The notes under the pieces: model-generated
Told to the model about the DNA's origin: nothing
Seen by the model: only the letters and a program-made list of their open reading frames with translations
Database searches by the model: none
Origin: an uncultured bacterium
GTDB lineage: Bacteria > Babelota > Babeliae > Babelales > JABCYS01
Direction of reading: 5' to 3'
DNA length: 64,000 nucleotides
Assembly: GCA_963705705.1 (NCBI GenBank)
Contig: CAVPKK010000007.1
Location: 192,001-256,000, forward strand
In this document: piece after piece, positions 40,468-50,458 of the stretch
How positions within the stretch are numbered: the first letter of the stretch is position 1
Layout of the letters: each line of letters begins with the position of its first letter
Program-made: the position numbers and the translations under genes

Positions 40468-40539
40468 TGGGGCGTAGCCAAGCGGTAAGGCACCAGGTTT
40501 TGGTCCTGGCATGCGGAGGTTCGATCCCTCCCGCCCCAG
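40468..40539 (+). tRNA. tRNA-Gln(TTG), CCA not encoded
   Basis: Cloverleaf; ccagg-ttttggt-cctgg. Confidence 0.95.
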
Positions 40540-40548
40540 CTTTATTAA

Positions 40549-41031
40549 TTAATCTTCGTAATCAATTTCCCAATCAGGGATCCCGAGTTGGTCCCCAACA
40601 TCCTTTTTCTCATTTTTTGAATTATTTGATAGAGCGGGTAATCGGGGTGTACTATCTTTTTTTATGCGAGATTTGATTTGCATTAACTGATGGGCATCTT
40701 CTTTTATAACCGCTTTGGCAATATTTTCGCGCTCGCTCAGCTCATCGGAAACTTCATCAAACTTATCATTCAGCTCTTTTTGCAGTTTTTTAACCTGCCG
40801 TTGAAGCTTCATAACCACCTCTACTCCGGCCAGGTTCACACCCAATTCATGAGTAAAGTAAAGAACCTGTTCTAGGCGATCAATATCTTCCTCTTCAAAC
40901 ATGCGCGTGCCACCTGGCGTCCGTTTGGGCAATATGAGCCCTTGCTGTTCATAAAAACGAATCGTCTGCGGATGGATTGAAAACATCTGCGCTACAGCTG
41001 ATATCGAATAAAAACCTTTTTTTCTTCTCAT
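40549..41031 (-). CDS. MerR-family regulator (HspR-like)
   Basis: YSISAVAQMFSIHPQTIRFYEQQGLILPKRTPGGTR, ELGVNLAGV. Confidence 0.9.
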   Translation of the reverse strand: MRRKKGFYSISAVAQMFSIHPQTIRFYEQQGLILPKRTPGGTRMFEEEDIDRLEQVLYFTHELGVNLAGVEVVMKLQRQVKKLQKELNDKFDEVSDELSERENIAKAVIKEDAHQLMQIKSRIKKDSTPRLPALSNNSKNEKKDVGDQLGIPDWEIDYED

Positions 41032-41129
41032 AATGATGAAACTCCAGTTCCAAGGTTGGTCCCAGGCTAGCCTGAAACAGGAAACTAGCATATATTTTAA
41101 GACTCACAATACAACATGGAAGACATATT

Positions 41130-41795
41130 ATGAACACCCTACAGCATACTTTTTTCATATTTTTAATCGCATCAACCCCTCTATGTGCCGGCTCTAAGAA
41201 GGAAACATTTGTGCGCCTGGTACAAGAAGATATCAATGGCACCATGTTTACCCATCGGGCCAAGGTACAAGAAGGCAATATTGAGGATACTTGGACTATT
41301 AATGGCAAGCATGTTGATGGTGATGAATATGAGGCTACATATCTCAAAGCCAAAACCGCCGAGCTCCAACAAGAGCGGCAACTACGCGAACAACAGAATC
41401 GCCAGCATGAAATGGAAATTGCGCAGCAGCAGAAATTTGCAAAATTGGCACGTATTGGCATTCATAAACGAACACTACACGAGGCTATCGAACTTACTGA
41501 GCAGGAGCTCCAAAAATTAAATGATGAGCGACTGACACCCTATCGGGTGTTTGATGTAACCACTTATCCAAGTCAGGAGCATTTGTCGCAGCTCAATCGC
41601 CAGCTCAATAAGGCCAAGCAAATCGTTGCCGAAAATGAAGAAGATCTAACTGAGCGCAGTATTGTTCAAATATGCCAAGACCTGGCCGATCACCCCGGAC
41701 GCCTGCGTGAGTTTTATCGAGCTTCAATTAAGCAGGCTATTAATACCTGTGATAATACGCAGCTGCTTAAGGAATTCTTGGAACTGCTAGCCTAG
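41130..41795 (+). CDS. Secreted coiled-coil hypothetical protein
   Basis: Signal peptide-like N-terminus, 221 aa. Confidence 0.75.
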   Translation: MNTLQHTFFIFLIASTPLCAGSKKETFVRLVQEDINGTMFTHRAKVQEGNIEDTWTINGKHVDGDEYEATYLKAKTAELQQERQLREQQNRQHEMEIAQQQKFAKLARIGIHKRTLHEAIELTEQELQKLNDERLTPYRVFDVTTYPSQEHLSQLNRQLNKAKQIVAENEEDLTERSIVQICQDLADHPGRLREFYRASIKQAINTCDNTQLLKEFLELLA

Positions 41796-41809
41796 ATAAA
41801 CAGAAGATG

Positions 41810-42134
41810 TATATCCCTGGCAACCATAGCAAGTCCCGCAAGGGAAAATGCGAGGAATGGTACTCCTATAATAAGGAATACTACTCAAGCCGAAGGCGTA
41901 CATCCACAGCGACCATAACGAGTCCCGCGAGAGAGGAAGCGAGTTAATGGTACTCCTAGAATAAGAATGACTACTCAGGCCGAACGAATACATCCACAGC
42001 ATCCATAACAAGTCCCGTGAGAGAGGAAGCGAAAAATAGCACTCCTATAATAAGGAATACTACTCAAGCCGAAGGAGTACATCCGCAGCGACCATAACGA
42101 GCCCCGCGAGAGAGGGAGCGAGGAATGGTATTCC
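41810..42134 (-). repeat. Tandem array of ~89-bp structured units (about 3.6 copies)
   Basis: Units start at 41810, 41899, 41989 and 42078. Confidence 0.9.
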
Positions 42135-42257
42135 GAGGCTTGGAAAGACAAAGCTGACCTCCTTCCCATATTCATTCAAATAGAATTAATACCGCTTGCG
42201 AAACTCCCGGGAACCCCATAACCTGATCTGGACATTAAAATGATAAGAGGGAACCCC

Positions 42258-43208
42258 ATGAATAAAAGATTACACGCATTAGTCCTGACTTGCCTGATGG
42301 CGGGTGGCATAACCCTAGAGGCTGCACGGCCTTCCTTTTTCGAACGCACTAAAAAATCGATCGCAAAATTTTTCAATGATGTACCAACTAATGTGAAGTG
42401 GGGAACTGCTTTCATTGTGTCATCGATCTTATTTTACTTAGCTTGCTCAAAATCGGATAAATCCCTTTTTACAAGACGCTATGACGATCTCGTTGATAAC
42501 AATGAGTATGCGGATACTGTTTTAGAGGCCAATGGCCGGGAGTTTGATCCTGTACAAGTACGAACAGCACGCGGCAATGTCACCGTAGAACAATTTAATG
42601 TGGCAAAACAAAACTTAAGCAACATGCGCTTATGCACCTGCGGGCAGCATGCGGTTACACAAGCAGAGATTATCGCAGCAGCACTCAGAAACGGTGAACT
42701 TGAAGAAGCCAGAGCTCATTTAAGAGATCGGCGCTTTGTGGGAGCTGCAGTTCAGCAAACGTGTAATGCCGCAAAAATTTTATTTGAAGATAACAGAGAG
42801 ATAGCTCGAGGAGCTATCGAGCCACGCCGAGGATGGACTGAGGCAACTATTCTTCACTTGCTGCTCCAGCAGCAAGAGCCCGCTACGTTCTTTGTGGGCA
42901 ATGAAATTCCAGAACATCTGAGCCCGCGAGATCCTCGGCCTCATCCAGCAATTGCACAACTTAATGCAGCAGGTATACATCGAGTTATCTTGAACGTTGG
43001 TGCTCATTGGATTACGGTCATTATTGATCGCCCTGTTGCTAATGCGCCGGCACATTATTATCTAGCAGATTCAGCTGGAACAAATCGTTGCGAAAATAAT
43101 CGATCTGGTGAACGCGTGCGCGCCCTCATTAATCGCTTAGAAGGTGCGGCCCCGAGACGACCATCAGCCGCAGGTGATATTAATTCAGCTAATGTGAGCA
43201 GTTCCTAA
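42258..43208 (+). CDS. Secreted/membrane papain-fold Cys protease candidate (Josephin-like)
   Basis: Signal peptide, TM, Q..CTCGQHA / GAHWITV / YYLADS. Confidence 0.65.
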   Translation: MNKRLHALVLTCLMAGGITLEAARPSFFERTKKSIAKFFNDVPTNVKWGTAFIVSSILFYLACSKSDKSLFTRRYDDLVDNNEYADTVLEANGREFDPVQVRTARGNVTVEQFNVAKQNLSNMRLCTCGQHAVTQAEIIAAALRNGELEEARAHLRDRRFVGAAVQQTCNAAKILFEDNREIARGAIEPRRGWTEATILHLLLQQQEPATFFVGNEIPEHLSPRDPRPHPAIAQLNAAGIHRVILNVGAHWITVIIDRPVANAPAHYYLADSAGTNRCENNRSGERVRALINRLEGAAPRRPSAAGDINSANVSSS

Positions 43209-44687
43209 AATTCTGCGCAACAGTTCATTTTTATCACGAATACCTTCATTGATCTGAATTTCATACGCCTCTTTGAGCAACCTGCCCATTTTCGGGCCAG
43301 GCGGCACAGTATCCATTAAGTCACGGCCTTGAACGATCGGCTTCTCCACCTGGGATAATACGTGTGCAGCCAAGGCTTTCCGAACAAGGGCAATAGCCTC
43401 TTCGCTCGGCTCAGTCATTGGTTTTCCATTCAGCCCACGGCCCTGCTGATCTGCGGTAACCAATAAAGCCATGTCGTATAGTGTAACTTCAGGTGCTAAT
43501 CTATTTGCTAGTCTTTTGACCGCAGCCATGCTTGCTTGTGGTGATACCACTTGAAATGGCTGCATATGATGCCCAACTAACTTAACTCCGCCTTCTATTA
43601 TTTCTTGATTATTCATGATGCGATGAAGCATTTTTTTGGCTGCCGGTACCCCCGCCTCGGCATGGCCATAAAAGGTTACATGCTCATCTTCCCGCCGCTG
43701 CTCTACCAATGGCTTTCCCAGATCATGGCATAACGCACCATACATGAGGATTAGTAGCCGTGTTTGCGATGTGAATTCATGCAGATTGAGTGATCCTAAT
43801 AATTCAATTTCGGGTGTGCTAAAAGAATCACCAAAAATCTCTGAGATTTTTTTAGCATGAATAATACGAGCCATGGCATCGAGGGCCTGCATGCTGTGTT
43901 CAAAAACATCCCCCTCTGGGTGCCACTTCTTTCCCTGGTCAACCCCGACGCATGCTGCTAGTTCAGGCAAAACTTCTTTTACGCGACCAATATCATTAAG
44001 CCAGCGCAGCCCAATTGAAGGATGCCTTGATTTAAGGAGTAATTTTTTAAACTCTTCTTCAATGCGTTCCTTGGAAACATTTGAAATATCCATCTGTTTG
44101 CAAAGCGCCGTCAGCTCCGGATCAGGGTGCATCTCAAAACGGCTCATAAATTGTAAAACACGGTAAAATCGCAATGGATCTTCAACAAACCGTGCGGGAT
44201 GTGTGGCTCTTAAAATGCGATTCTGCAGATCGCTCAGACCATGAAATGGGTCGATGAGCTCAAATGTTTGAAGATCTATGCCCATGGCGTTAATGGTAAG
44301 ATCGCGCCGCTCGAAAGCTTCTTTTAATGAGCTTGCGCCTAACCCAACTTGGGGCTTTCTGCCTGGCCCTTCCGTACGGGGAACCGACCAATCGACATCA
44401 AGACCATGAATGCGCAAGACACCGTAGACCTTACCGATTTCACTTACCGGTCCAAATTGCTTGAGCTGCTGCTCTAAATCATCCAAAGCAAGCTGATGGA
44501 CCTCGATATCGATATCTTTTATAGGAAGTCCTAGAAATGCATCGCGGACAGCCCCGCCTACTAAAACAGTCTTTCCGCCTGCTTGCCCTATGGCGCTGAT
44601 AATAGCTGGCAGCTTTTTATATGAATTCAGGAGCTCTAGGACCCTTTTTTTGACGTCATTTGGCAATGCTGGGCTGGCGTTAGACAT
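43185..44687 (-). CDS. cca: Class II tRNA nucleotidyltransferase with HD domain
   Basis: VGGAVRD, DIDIEV, RRDLTINAM, EDPLR, HPEGDVFEH, HDLGK. Confidence 0.93.
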   Translation of the reverse strand: MSNASPALPNDVKKRVLELLNSYKKLPAIISAIGQAGGKTVLVGGAVRDAFLGLPIKDIDIEVHQLALDDLEQQLKQFGPVSEIGKVYGVLRIHGLDVDWSVPRTEGPGRKPQVGLGASSLKEAFERRDLTINAMGIDLQTFELIDPFHGLSDLQNRILRATHPARFVEDPLRFYRVLQFMSRFEMHPDPELTALCKQMDISNVSKERIEEEFKKLLLKSRHPSIGLRWLNDIGRVKEVLPELAACVGVDQGKKWHPEGDVFEHSMQALDAMARIIHAKKISEIFGDSFSTPEIELLGSLNLHEFTSQTRLLILMYGALCHDLGKPLVEQRREDEHVTFYGHAEAGVPAAKKMLHRIMNNQEIIEGGVKLVGHHMQPFQVVSPQASMAAVKRLANRLAPEVTLYDMALLVTADQQGRGLNGKPMTEPSEEAIALVRKALAAHVLSQVEKPIVQGRDLMDTVPPGPKMGRLLKEAYEIQINEGIRDKNELLRRILGTAHIS

Positions 44688-44888
44688 GGTTCACCGTTTT
44701 TAATATAACCTAATCTATGTTAACTTAGGAATCCAATTCAATAAAAAAGGCTCTCGGTAAAAAAAACCTACCAAATTGTCTTTAAGTATAGCAAAAAAGC
44801 CGGAACTCTTTACAAATGGGGATCTGGGCATCGAAACTAATAAGATGTAATAAGAGATCGATCAGAGGTTAGAATGGAGAATAAAACT

Positions 44889-46271
44889 ATGAAACGAATC
44901 CTATTGCTATTCAGTATGCCTCTTGCGTTAATGGGATCAATGCAGGCAACAGGCGCAACCCCTTCCCCCATTAAACAGCTCAGCGGTGCCGAAGAACCTC
45001 AGCGCTGGAGAAACTATGCTGCGCTGATGAACATTATTAAAGATGAAATTAATGAACAGTATACCATCTTGGATTCTGCGCGGGCAAAAGTTCGTCCACT
45101 TATTACACTCTGGCAAGAAGGAAAATCAAAAAATTTATCTGAAGATTGGGCCCAAGAATTCGAATCTTATAAGAAAATTTGGGCGTTTGAAGCAACACGC
45201 AATACGAATGCACTAATCGCGCTACGTACAGAGGTACAGCAAAACAAATATGATTCAACCTTTGCACATAGACGAAAAGAATTGGTACGCAATATTAAAA
45301 CCTATACATTATTACAGCAGATGAGTGTAACCACCGATACTATAAGCTCTGACGATGCTTTTGATTGGGCATGCGAGATTGCGCTCCAGGATACGCGACA
45401 GTATGAACAAAAAAAATATGCATCTGTGATAAAAACTATTCGTGAGCAATGCCGAAATATCATGAGTTTCTTGAAGATAGCAGAAACGACAGAAGAAAGA
45501 CTGCAATTTATAAAAGCGCAACAAAAAACTTGGCAAATTCTCTTCAACCGAACCCAGCAAGATCACGATGATTACTTGGTCTGGAAAGCATTATTATTAT
45601 TGAGTAAGAACCCTCATATATTGGATGATGCTGAAGCAATCGAAATGGCAGTTACTGAAATCGAAAGACTTTTATATCACGCATCTATCATTTCAAAAGC
45701 GTATGACCTGATACACCATACTTCTAAACATATTCAAAGCCAGCCAGCAGATCACCAGAATGCATATATAAATGATTATTTACGGCACTGGACAGCAAGT
45801 GTTGAATATTACAACAATATGAAATCTGACTTTGATTCAGACGCATATCAGTTAGCTGCAAATGTTCTTTCCAAAAACCGCGATGTTTTTAAAACAGGTA
45901 ATATATCATTCGAACGGGTCCAGTTTGAAAAAGAAAACCCTGAAATTACCGAACTCCTTTCACAAGTAAGCAATGAAGAAACTGTGCAAAAGATGCAGAC
46001 TGATTTTGAACGGTTACCATTTAGCATGCCATCTTCACAAGCGCCGACACCAGTTTTTTCTGGCATAGTTAGGCCGGCATCTAAAACGATAACTCCACCA
46101 GTTAATACGGAATCAACTCCTGAACTATATCGCTCATCGCCGGATGACGAATCTATTTCTTCAGTGCCAACCCGTAGCAAGACACCAGTTCTACCAGAAA
46201 TGAGTAAACTTCCACCGTCTAGCGCAGTCCGTATTGTGAGTGCTAAAATTGAGAAGAAGCAAAATAAATAA
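44889..46271 (+). CDS. Secreted helical hypothetical protein with Ser/Pro/Thr-rich tail
   Basis: Signal peptide MKRILLLFSMPLALMGSMQA. Confidence 0.75.
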   Translation: MKRILLLFSMPLALMGSMQATGATPSPIKQLSGAEEPQRWRNYAALMNIIKDEINEQYTILDSARAKVRPLITLWQEGKSKNLSEDWAQEFESYKKIWAFEATRNTNALIALRTEVQQNKYDSTFAHRRKELVRNIKTYTLLQQMSVTTDTISSDDAFDWACEIALQDTRQYEQKKYASVIKTIREQCRNIMSFLKIAETTEERLQFIKAQQKTWQILFNRTQQDHDDYLVWKALLLLSKNPHILDDAEAIEMAVTEIERLLYHASIISKAYDLIHHTSKHIQSQPADHQNAYINDYLRHWTASVEYYNNMKSDFDSDAYQLAANVLSKNRDVFKTGNISFERVQFEKENPEITELLSQVSNEETVQKMQTDFERLPFSMPSSQAPTPVFSGIVRPASKTITPPVNTESTPELYRSSPDDESISSVPTRSKTPVLPEMSKLPPSSAVRIVSAKIEKKQNK

Positions 46272-46283
46272 ATAAATACATTT

Positions 46284-46330
46284 TCGCGCAACAAAAAACC
46301 CGGTTTGGATTTTCGTCCAACCGGGTTTTT
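46284..46330. repeat. 47-bp hairpin/terminator direct repeat, copy 1
   Basis: 46/47 identical to 46781-46827. Confidence 0.9.
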
Positions 46331-46341
46331 TATTTATAGAT

Positions 46342-46707
46342 CTACCGGGTTCTACCAATTTGGCCCAGATGGGTATGCCAAAATGAATCACTGTATTTAA
46401 GACCATAACCCAGCGCTCGATCCATACAGGCGTGGCAAAATAGTATGATTCCAATTAAGAGCAAAATATTGGAAGACAGGAATAGCCCAAGCGCAAGGCA
46501 CAATATTGCAGTCGTTCTATGGTGTAAAATATTATATGTGAAAGCGCCAACGCTGTTATTTATGATATAACCAACCATGCCAATATCCGGCGTTAAGAGA
46601 AGCAAAATGAATACCCACCACGAATAGCCAAGCAGGCTGAAAATATAGATTCCGGCCAATAGCATTGAAAATTCTTCCAGTTTTAATATTGCTTTCATCA
46701 TATTCAT
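46342..46707 (-). CDS. DUF4260 family membrane protein
   Basis: LKLEE, PDIGMVGY, YNILH, HACMDRALGYGLKY..F.HTHLG. Confidence 0.88.
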   Translation of the reverse strand: MNMMKAILKLEEFSMLLAGIYIFSLLGYSWWVFILLLLTPDIGMVGYIINNSVGAFTYNILHHRTTAILCLALGLFLSSNILLLIGIILFCHACMDRALGYGLKYSDSFWHTHLGQIGRTR

Positions 46708-46780
46708 TCCTCTGATGCGATTTAAGGCAAAGGCCAGAATAACCTACCACCATCGTAATAGCCATTAATCAGTATCTTTA

Positions 46781-46827
46781 TCGCGTAACAAAAAACCCGG
46801 TTTGGATTTTCGTCCAACCGGGTTTTT
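46781..46827. terminator. tRNA-Ala terminator; direct repeat copy 2
   Basis: aaaaaacccggtt..aaccgggttttt immediately 3' of the tRNA on the minus strand. Confidence 0.85.
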
Positions 46828-46833
46828 ATATTG

Positions 46834-46906
46834 TGGAGCTGACCGGGATCGAACCGGTGGCCTCATGAATGCCATCCATGCGCTCTACCAGCTGAGCTAC
46901 AGCCCC
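46834..46906 (-). tRNA. tRNA-Ala(GGC), CCA not encoded
   Basis: GGGGCTGTAGCTCAG..GGC anticodon..TTCGATCCC..CAGCTCCA. Confidence 0.95.
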
Positions 46907-46988
46907 AAACCTTTTTGGTATATACTCGTGAGACCTTTTATAAGGACGAAAATTGTATGAGAATCTCACAAAATATCAATGGATATAC

Positions 46989-48743
46989 ATGAAGAAACTG
47001 TTTGCTAGCATTGTTTTTCTAAGCCTTTCACATTTTTTACACGCAGCGCAACTAACGCTTACACAAAAACCAGTTGGACCACATGAGGTTGAGCTGCTCA
47101 TCCATGTTCGCCCAGATGAAGGCGAGGCGGTTTTCAAAGATCATATTTCGTTAGCGACAGACAACCCTGACATAGTGCTCACACAATGGACAACCACAAG
47201 CAAACCAACGGTGGCCGATGCGAAAGGTATAGGTTCTGCCTTACCCGCATTTACCCTGCCATTTACGATCCAAAGCCACGCAAAACAGTCTGGAAACAGC
47301 TCAGAAGCAGGCTTGTATGTTACGTATCTCTCATCTAAAAATCGGCAACCTACACAGGAACTATTTACCGTCAATTTCCCTTCTATGCAAACTAAGCAAG
47401 CTGCAATCACTAATGATCCGCAACCTGCAGAAGAAAAAACCATCTGTTCACCGCCCGCAGAACCGGTTCCAAGCGCTATGTCATTCAGCTTATCTTCGTG
47501 GTCACAGCGATTAGAAAACATTATTAAAGCTACCAATAATTTTTGGATTCGCTTCATACTCATCCTATTGCTTGGCCTCTTTATGAGCTTTACCCCCTGC
47601 ATTTATCCAATGATTCCAATTACGGTTGGCATTCTGCAAGGAACTGGTCACCGATCATTTTGGCGCAATGTTGCACATGCTAGTGCATATTCATCTGGTA
47701 TTGCCATAACCTTCGCTGCCCTTGGCCTGCTGGCTGCTGCTTCAGGTACAATCTTTGGGTCTATGATGAGTTCGCCATTTGTTGTTTTGTTAATCGCGGC
47801 ATTGCTCATTTATCTTTCCGGTACCATGTTTGGCTGGTATGAGCTTTATATTCCACGATCTTTGCAAGAACGCCAACATACACACCATGGCTCCATTCTT
47901 TCATCCTTCATCTTTGGAGCCATTTCAGGCACAGTCGCTTCGCCCTGTTTATCGCCCGGATTGGCATTAGTGTTATGTATTGTGGCAACACTTGGCAGCA
48001 AAATAATGGGTTTTTTATTACTTTTCGCGTTCGGCATTGGCTTAAGCATTCCGCTCATGATCATTGGTACATTTTCGAACTCACTCAGCGTATTACCACG
48101 CTCCGGTGCTTGGATGGTTGAGTTTAAAAAAGTTTTTGGATTCCTTTTGCTGGGCATGGCATTGTACTATGCAAATAATGTGTTGCCGCATTCAGTTATC
48201 TTATGGATGCTTGGCGCACTGATTGCCATTGCTGGGCTGCAATATTTGCTGACGATGGAAAAAGGACAAGGATCAAAATTACTGAAACGATTAAAATCAC
48301 TCTTGGGCATGATTTTGCTAGTTTCCGCTGTGCTTGTATTTGTGGAAGCGTATCAAACTACTTTCCATACGCTATCAGTTGAGAAAGAATCATTTTGGAT
48401 CACTAATTATGAGCAAGCGCAGGCAAAAGCACAATCCGAACATAAACTATTATTCCTCGATTTCTGGGCACCATTCTGCTCTATTTGCACGGCTATTGAT
48501 AAAACGTTGCTGAAAGATCCGGAAGTCCGTACTGCGCTTGGCAAATTTGTGCCGGCAAAAATTGAAATGATTATGACCAATACCACAATTCAACATCTGA
48601 AAGAAACCTTCAATATTGTTGGCTTACCAACATTCCTGGTCATTGATCCAACTGATGAAAAACTTATTAAACGCTGGGGCGGGGAACTGTACCACGCTGA
48701 TAAGAAAGGATTCATTAAAGAATTGAATGAGTTAACGCAATAG
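46989..48743 (+). CDS. dsbD: DsbD-family thiol:disulfide interchange protein
   Basis: FTPCIYPMIP, SPCLSP, TM domain, C-terminal thioredoxin WAPFCSIC. Confidence 0.9.
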   Translation: MKKLFASIVFLSLSHFLHAAQLTLTQKPVGPHEVELLIHVRPDEGEAVFKDHISLATDNPDIVLTQWTTTSKPTVADAKGIGSALPAFTLPFTIQSHAKQSGNSSEAGLYVTYLSSKNRQPTQELFTVNFPSMQTKQAAITNDPQPAEEKTICSPPAEPVPSAMSFSLSSWSQRLENIIKATNNFWIRFILILLLGLFMSFTPCIYPMIPITVGILQGTGHRSFWRNVAHASAYSSGIAITFAALGLLAAASGTIFGSMMSSPFVVLLIAALLIYLSGTMFGWYELYIPRSLQERQHTHHGSILSSFIFGAISGTVASPCLSPGLALVLCIVATLGSKIMGFLLLFAFGIGLSIPLMIIGTFSNSLSVLPRSGAWMVEFKKVFGFLLLGMALYYANNVLPHSVILWMLGALIAIAGLQYLLTMEKGQGSKLLKRLKSLLGMILLVSAVLVFVEAYQTTFHTLSVEKESFWITNYEQAQAKAQSEHKLLFLDFWAPFCSICTAIDKTLLKDPEVRTALGKFVPAKIEMIMTNTTIQHLKETFNIVGLPTFLVIDPTDEKLIKRWGGELYHADKKGFIKELNELTQ

Positions 48744-48806
48744 CTTCCCGTAACTTGGGTGACTGATATAATCTGAGTAAATAATCAAAACTTACAGGAG
48801 AAACCT

Positions 48807-49130
48807 ATGCGTAAAAGAGTTACTTTCCGTCATATGGAAACTGAACCCGATCTTGAGACACATGCCTATACAGCACTCGATCGCATAGAGATGGCCCTAG
48901 AGCATGAACAAAGCCCAATTAATCTTGATCTTGTTCTGTCTCCAGGTAGACCGCATGCGCATCATCAAGTTGAACTACTGATCAAAACGCCCAATCATGA
49001 CTTCGTAATTAAAGAAGAAGGCCCGCACATGTATCAGCTTATTGATAAAGCATGTGATGTTGCGTATCGTAAAATTCATGATCACAAAGATAAGTTGGTC
49101 TCAGCCCAACGGCGGCAAACCAAAGTCTAA
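48807..49130 (+). CDS. hpf: Ribosome hibernation promoting factor (HPF/RaiA)
   Basis: VTFRHME, MYQLIDKA..RKIHDHKDK. Confidence 0.85.
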   Translation: MRKRVTFRHMETEPDLETHAYTALDRIEMALEHEQSPINLDLVLSPGRPHAHHQVELLIKTPNHDFVIKEEGPHMYQLIDKACDVAYRKIHDHKDKLVSAQRRQTKV

Positions 49131-50449
49131 CCGAAGCGACCTTTACGAACGGTTATATGAACTGGTACACCTTTAAGATTGGTGTGATCGCGTAGAATAT
49201 TTTCAAAAAAGGCAAGTTGGCTTGGCCCATACCAAACCGGATTATCTACTGCCAGGGTAATGGTAATCGGGGCAGTGGATGCTTGCTTGGCATGAAATAC
49301 GCGAAGCGGCTGCCCTTGTTTGTATATCGGCGTTCGTTGTAATGCTTGCTTAAAAAGAAGATCCAACTCTGAATTAGTAAATTGTTGTGAATAGCGTTGC
49401 CAAACATCATTCACGAGTGGCAAAATTCTACCAATATTCTTTCCCGTTTTTGCAGAAATGTTGAGGCTTTCAACCCGATCGAGCAAATATTTATATTCTG
49501 ATAAGTGAAATTCTAATTCAGTTCGCAACTCTTCATGCATTAAATCTTGCTTATTTAGCAAAATAATAAGTCCCTTATATTGTTCTTCGAATGCATAACG
49601 AATGAGCGTCAATTCTTGATTTGATATTTTACCTTCGGAAGCATCAAGAACTAATAATACGATATCCGCTTCGCGAATGGTCTGCAAAGAACGTTTGACC
49701 ATCATCTGTTCTAGTTCCTCTTCAACCGATCGTGGACGTCTGACACCGGGCGTATCGATAACTTCAATAGACTCTTTGTAAAACTGAATGCGTTCGGCAA
49801 TAGCTTCACGCGTGGTACCAGCAATTTCAGTTACCAATGAGCGCTCTTCTTGTAACAATGCATTAAGAATGGATGACTTGCCCACATTCGGCTTACCAAT
49901 CAAAGCAACTTTAAAGGTCGGGGTTTCATCAACTTCTATTGCCGGCGTGAGTTCAAGATCTGCAACGACTGCATCGCACAGTTCAGTAATACCCCTGCCA
50001 TGTTGCGCTGAAATAAGGAATGTTTGTTTAAAGCCCAAGCGATCAAAATCATGAACATGATCTTCGGTGCTTTTTCGATCCGCTTTATTAATAACCAAAA
50101 TTACCGGCTTATCTGTCTTGCGTATAGCATTGGCGATTTCGAGATCTTCGGGTAGCGCGCCGGTTGTGCCATCAACAACAAATAATATTAATTGAGCTCT
50201 ATCGAGTAGTTTAAGAGCCGATAGACGAATTTTTTCTTGCAACGGATCTTGCTGCTTGCGAAAGCCTAGACCCGCACTATCGATGAGCATGAAAGAGGTT
50301 TTTTTCCAGGTCACCACATCAGTAATATAATCGCGAGTTACCCCCTCTTCATCATAGATCAAACTTTTTACAGTTGATGACAGGCGATTAAAGAGCGTCG
50401 ATTTGCCGATATTCATGCGGCCGACAATAATAACATTGTGTAATTTCAT
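49127..50449 (-). CDS. der: Ribosome biogenesis GTPase Der (EngA)
   Basis: Two G domains (GRMNIGKS, GKPNVGKS, DTPG, NKxD) plus KH-like C-terminus. Confidence 0.96.
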   Translation of the reverse strand: MKLHNVIIVGRMNIGKSTLFNRLSSTVKSLIYDEEGVTRDYITDVVTWKKTSFMLIDSAGLGFRKQQDPLQEKIRLSALKLLDRAQLILFVVDGTTGALPEDLEIANAIRKTDKPVILVINKADRKSTEDHVHDFDRLGFKQTFLISAQHGRGITELCDAVVADLELTPAIEVDETPTFKVALIGKPNVGKSSILNALLQEERSLVTEIAGTTREAIAERIQFYKESIEVIDTPGVRRPRSVEEELEQMMVKRSLQTIREADIVLLVLDASEGKISNQELTLIRYAFEEQYKGLIILLNKQDLMHEELRTELEFHLSEYKYLLDRVESLNISAKTGKNIGRILPLVNDVWQRYSQQFTNSELDLLFKQALQRTPIYKQGQPLRVFHAKQASTAPITITLAVDNPVWYGPSQLAFFENILRDHTNLKGVPVHITVRKGRFG

Positions 50450-50458
50450 GTTGTCTTT

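Noticed and set aside
41810..42134. CRISPR array
   Set aside because: Whole units are similar, there are no unique spacers and no cas genes in the window
41787..42175. Two short minus-strand ORFs in the tandem array
   Set aside because: Unit length shifts the frame and the peptides are repeat translations
46284..46906. Prophage or integron at tRNA-Ala
   Set aside because: No integrase or phage genes, no tRNA 3' duplication and no clear attC box pattern
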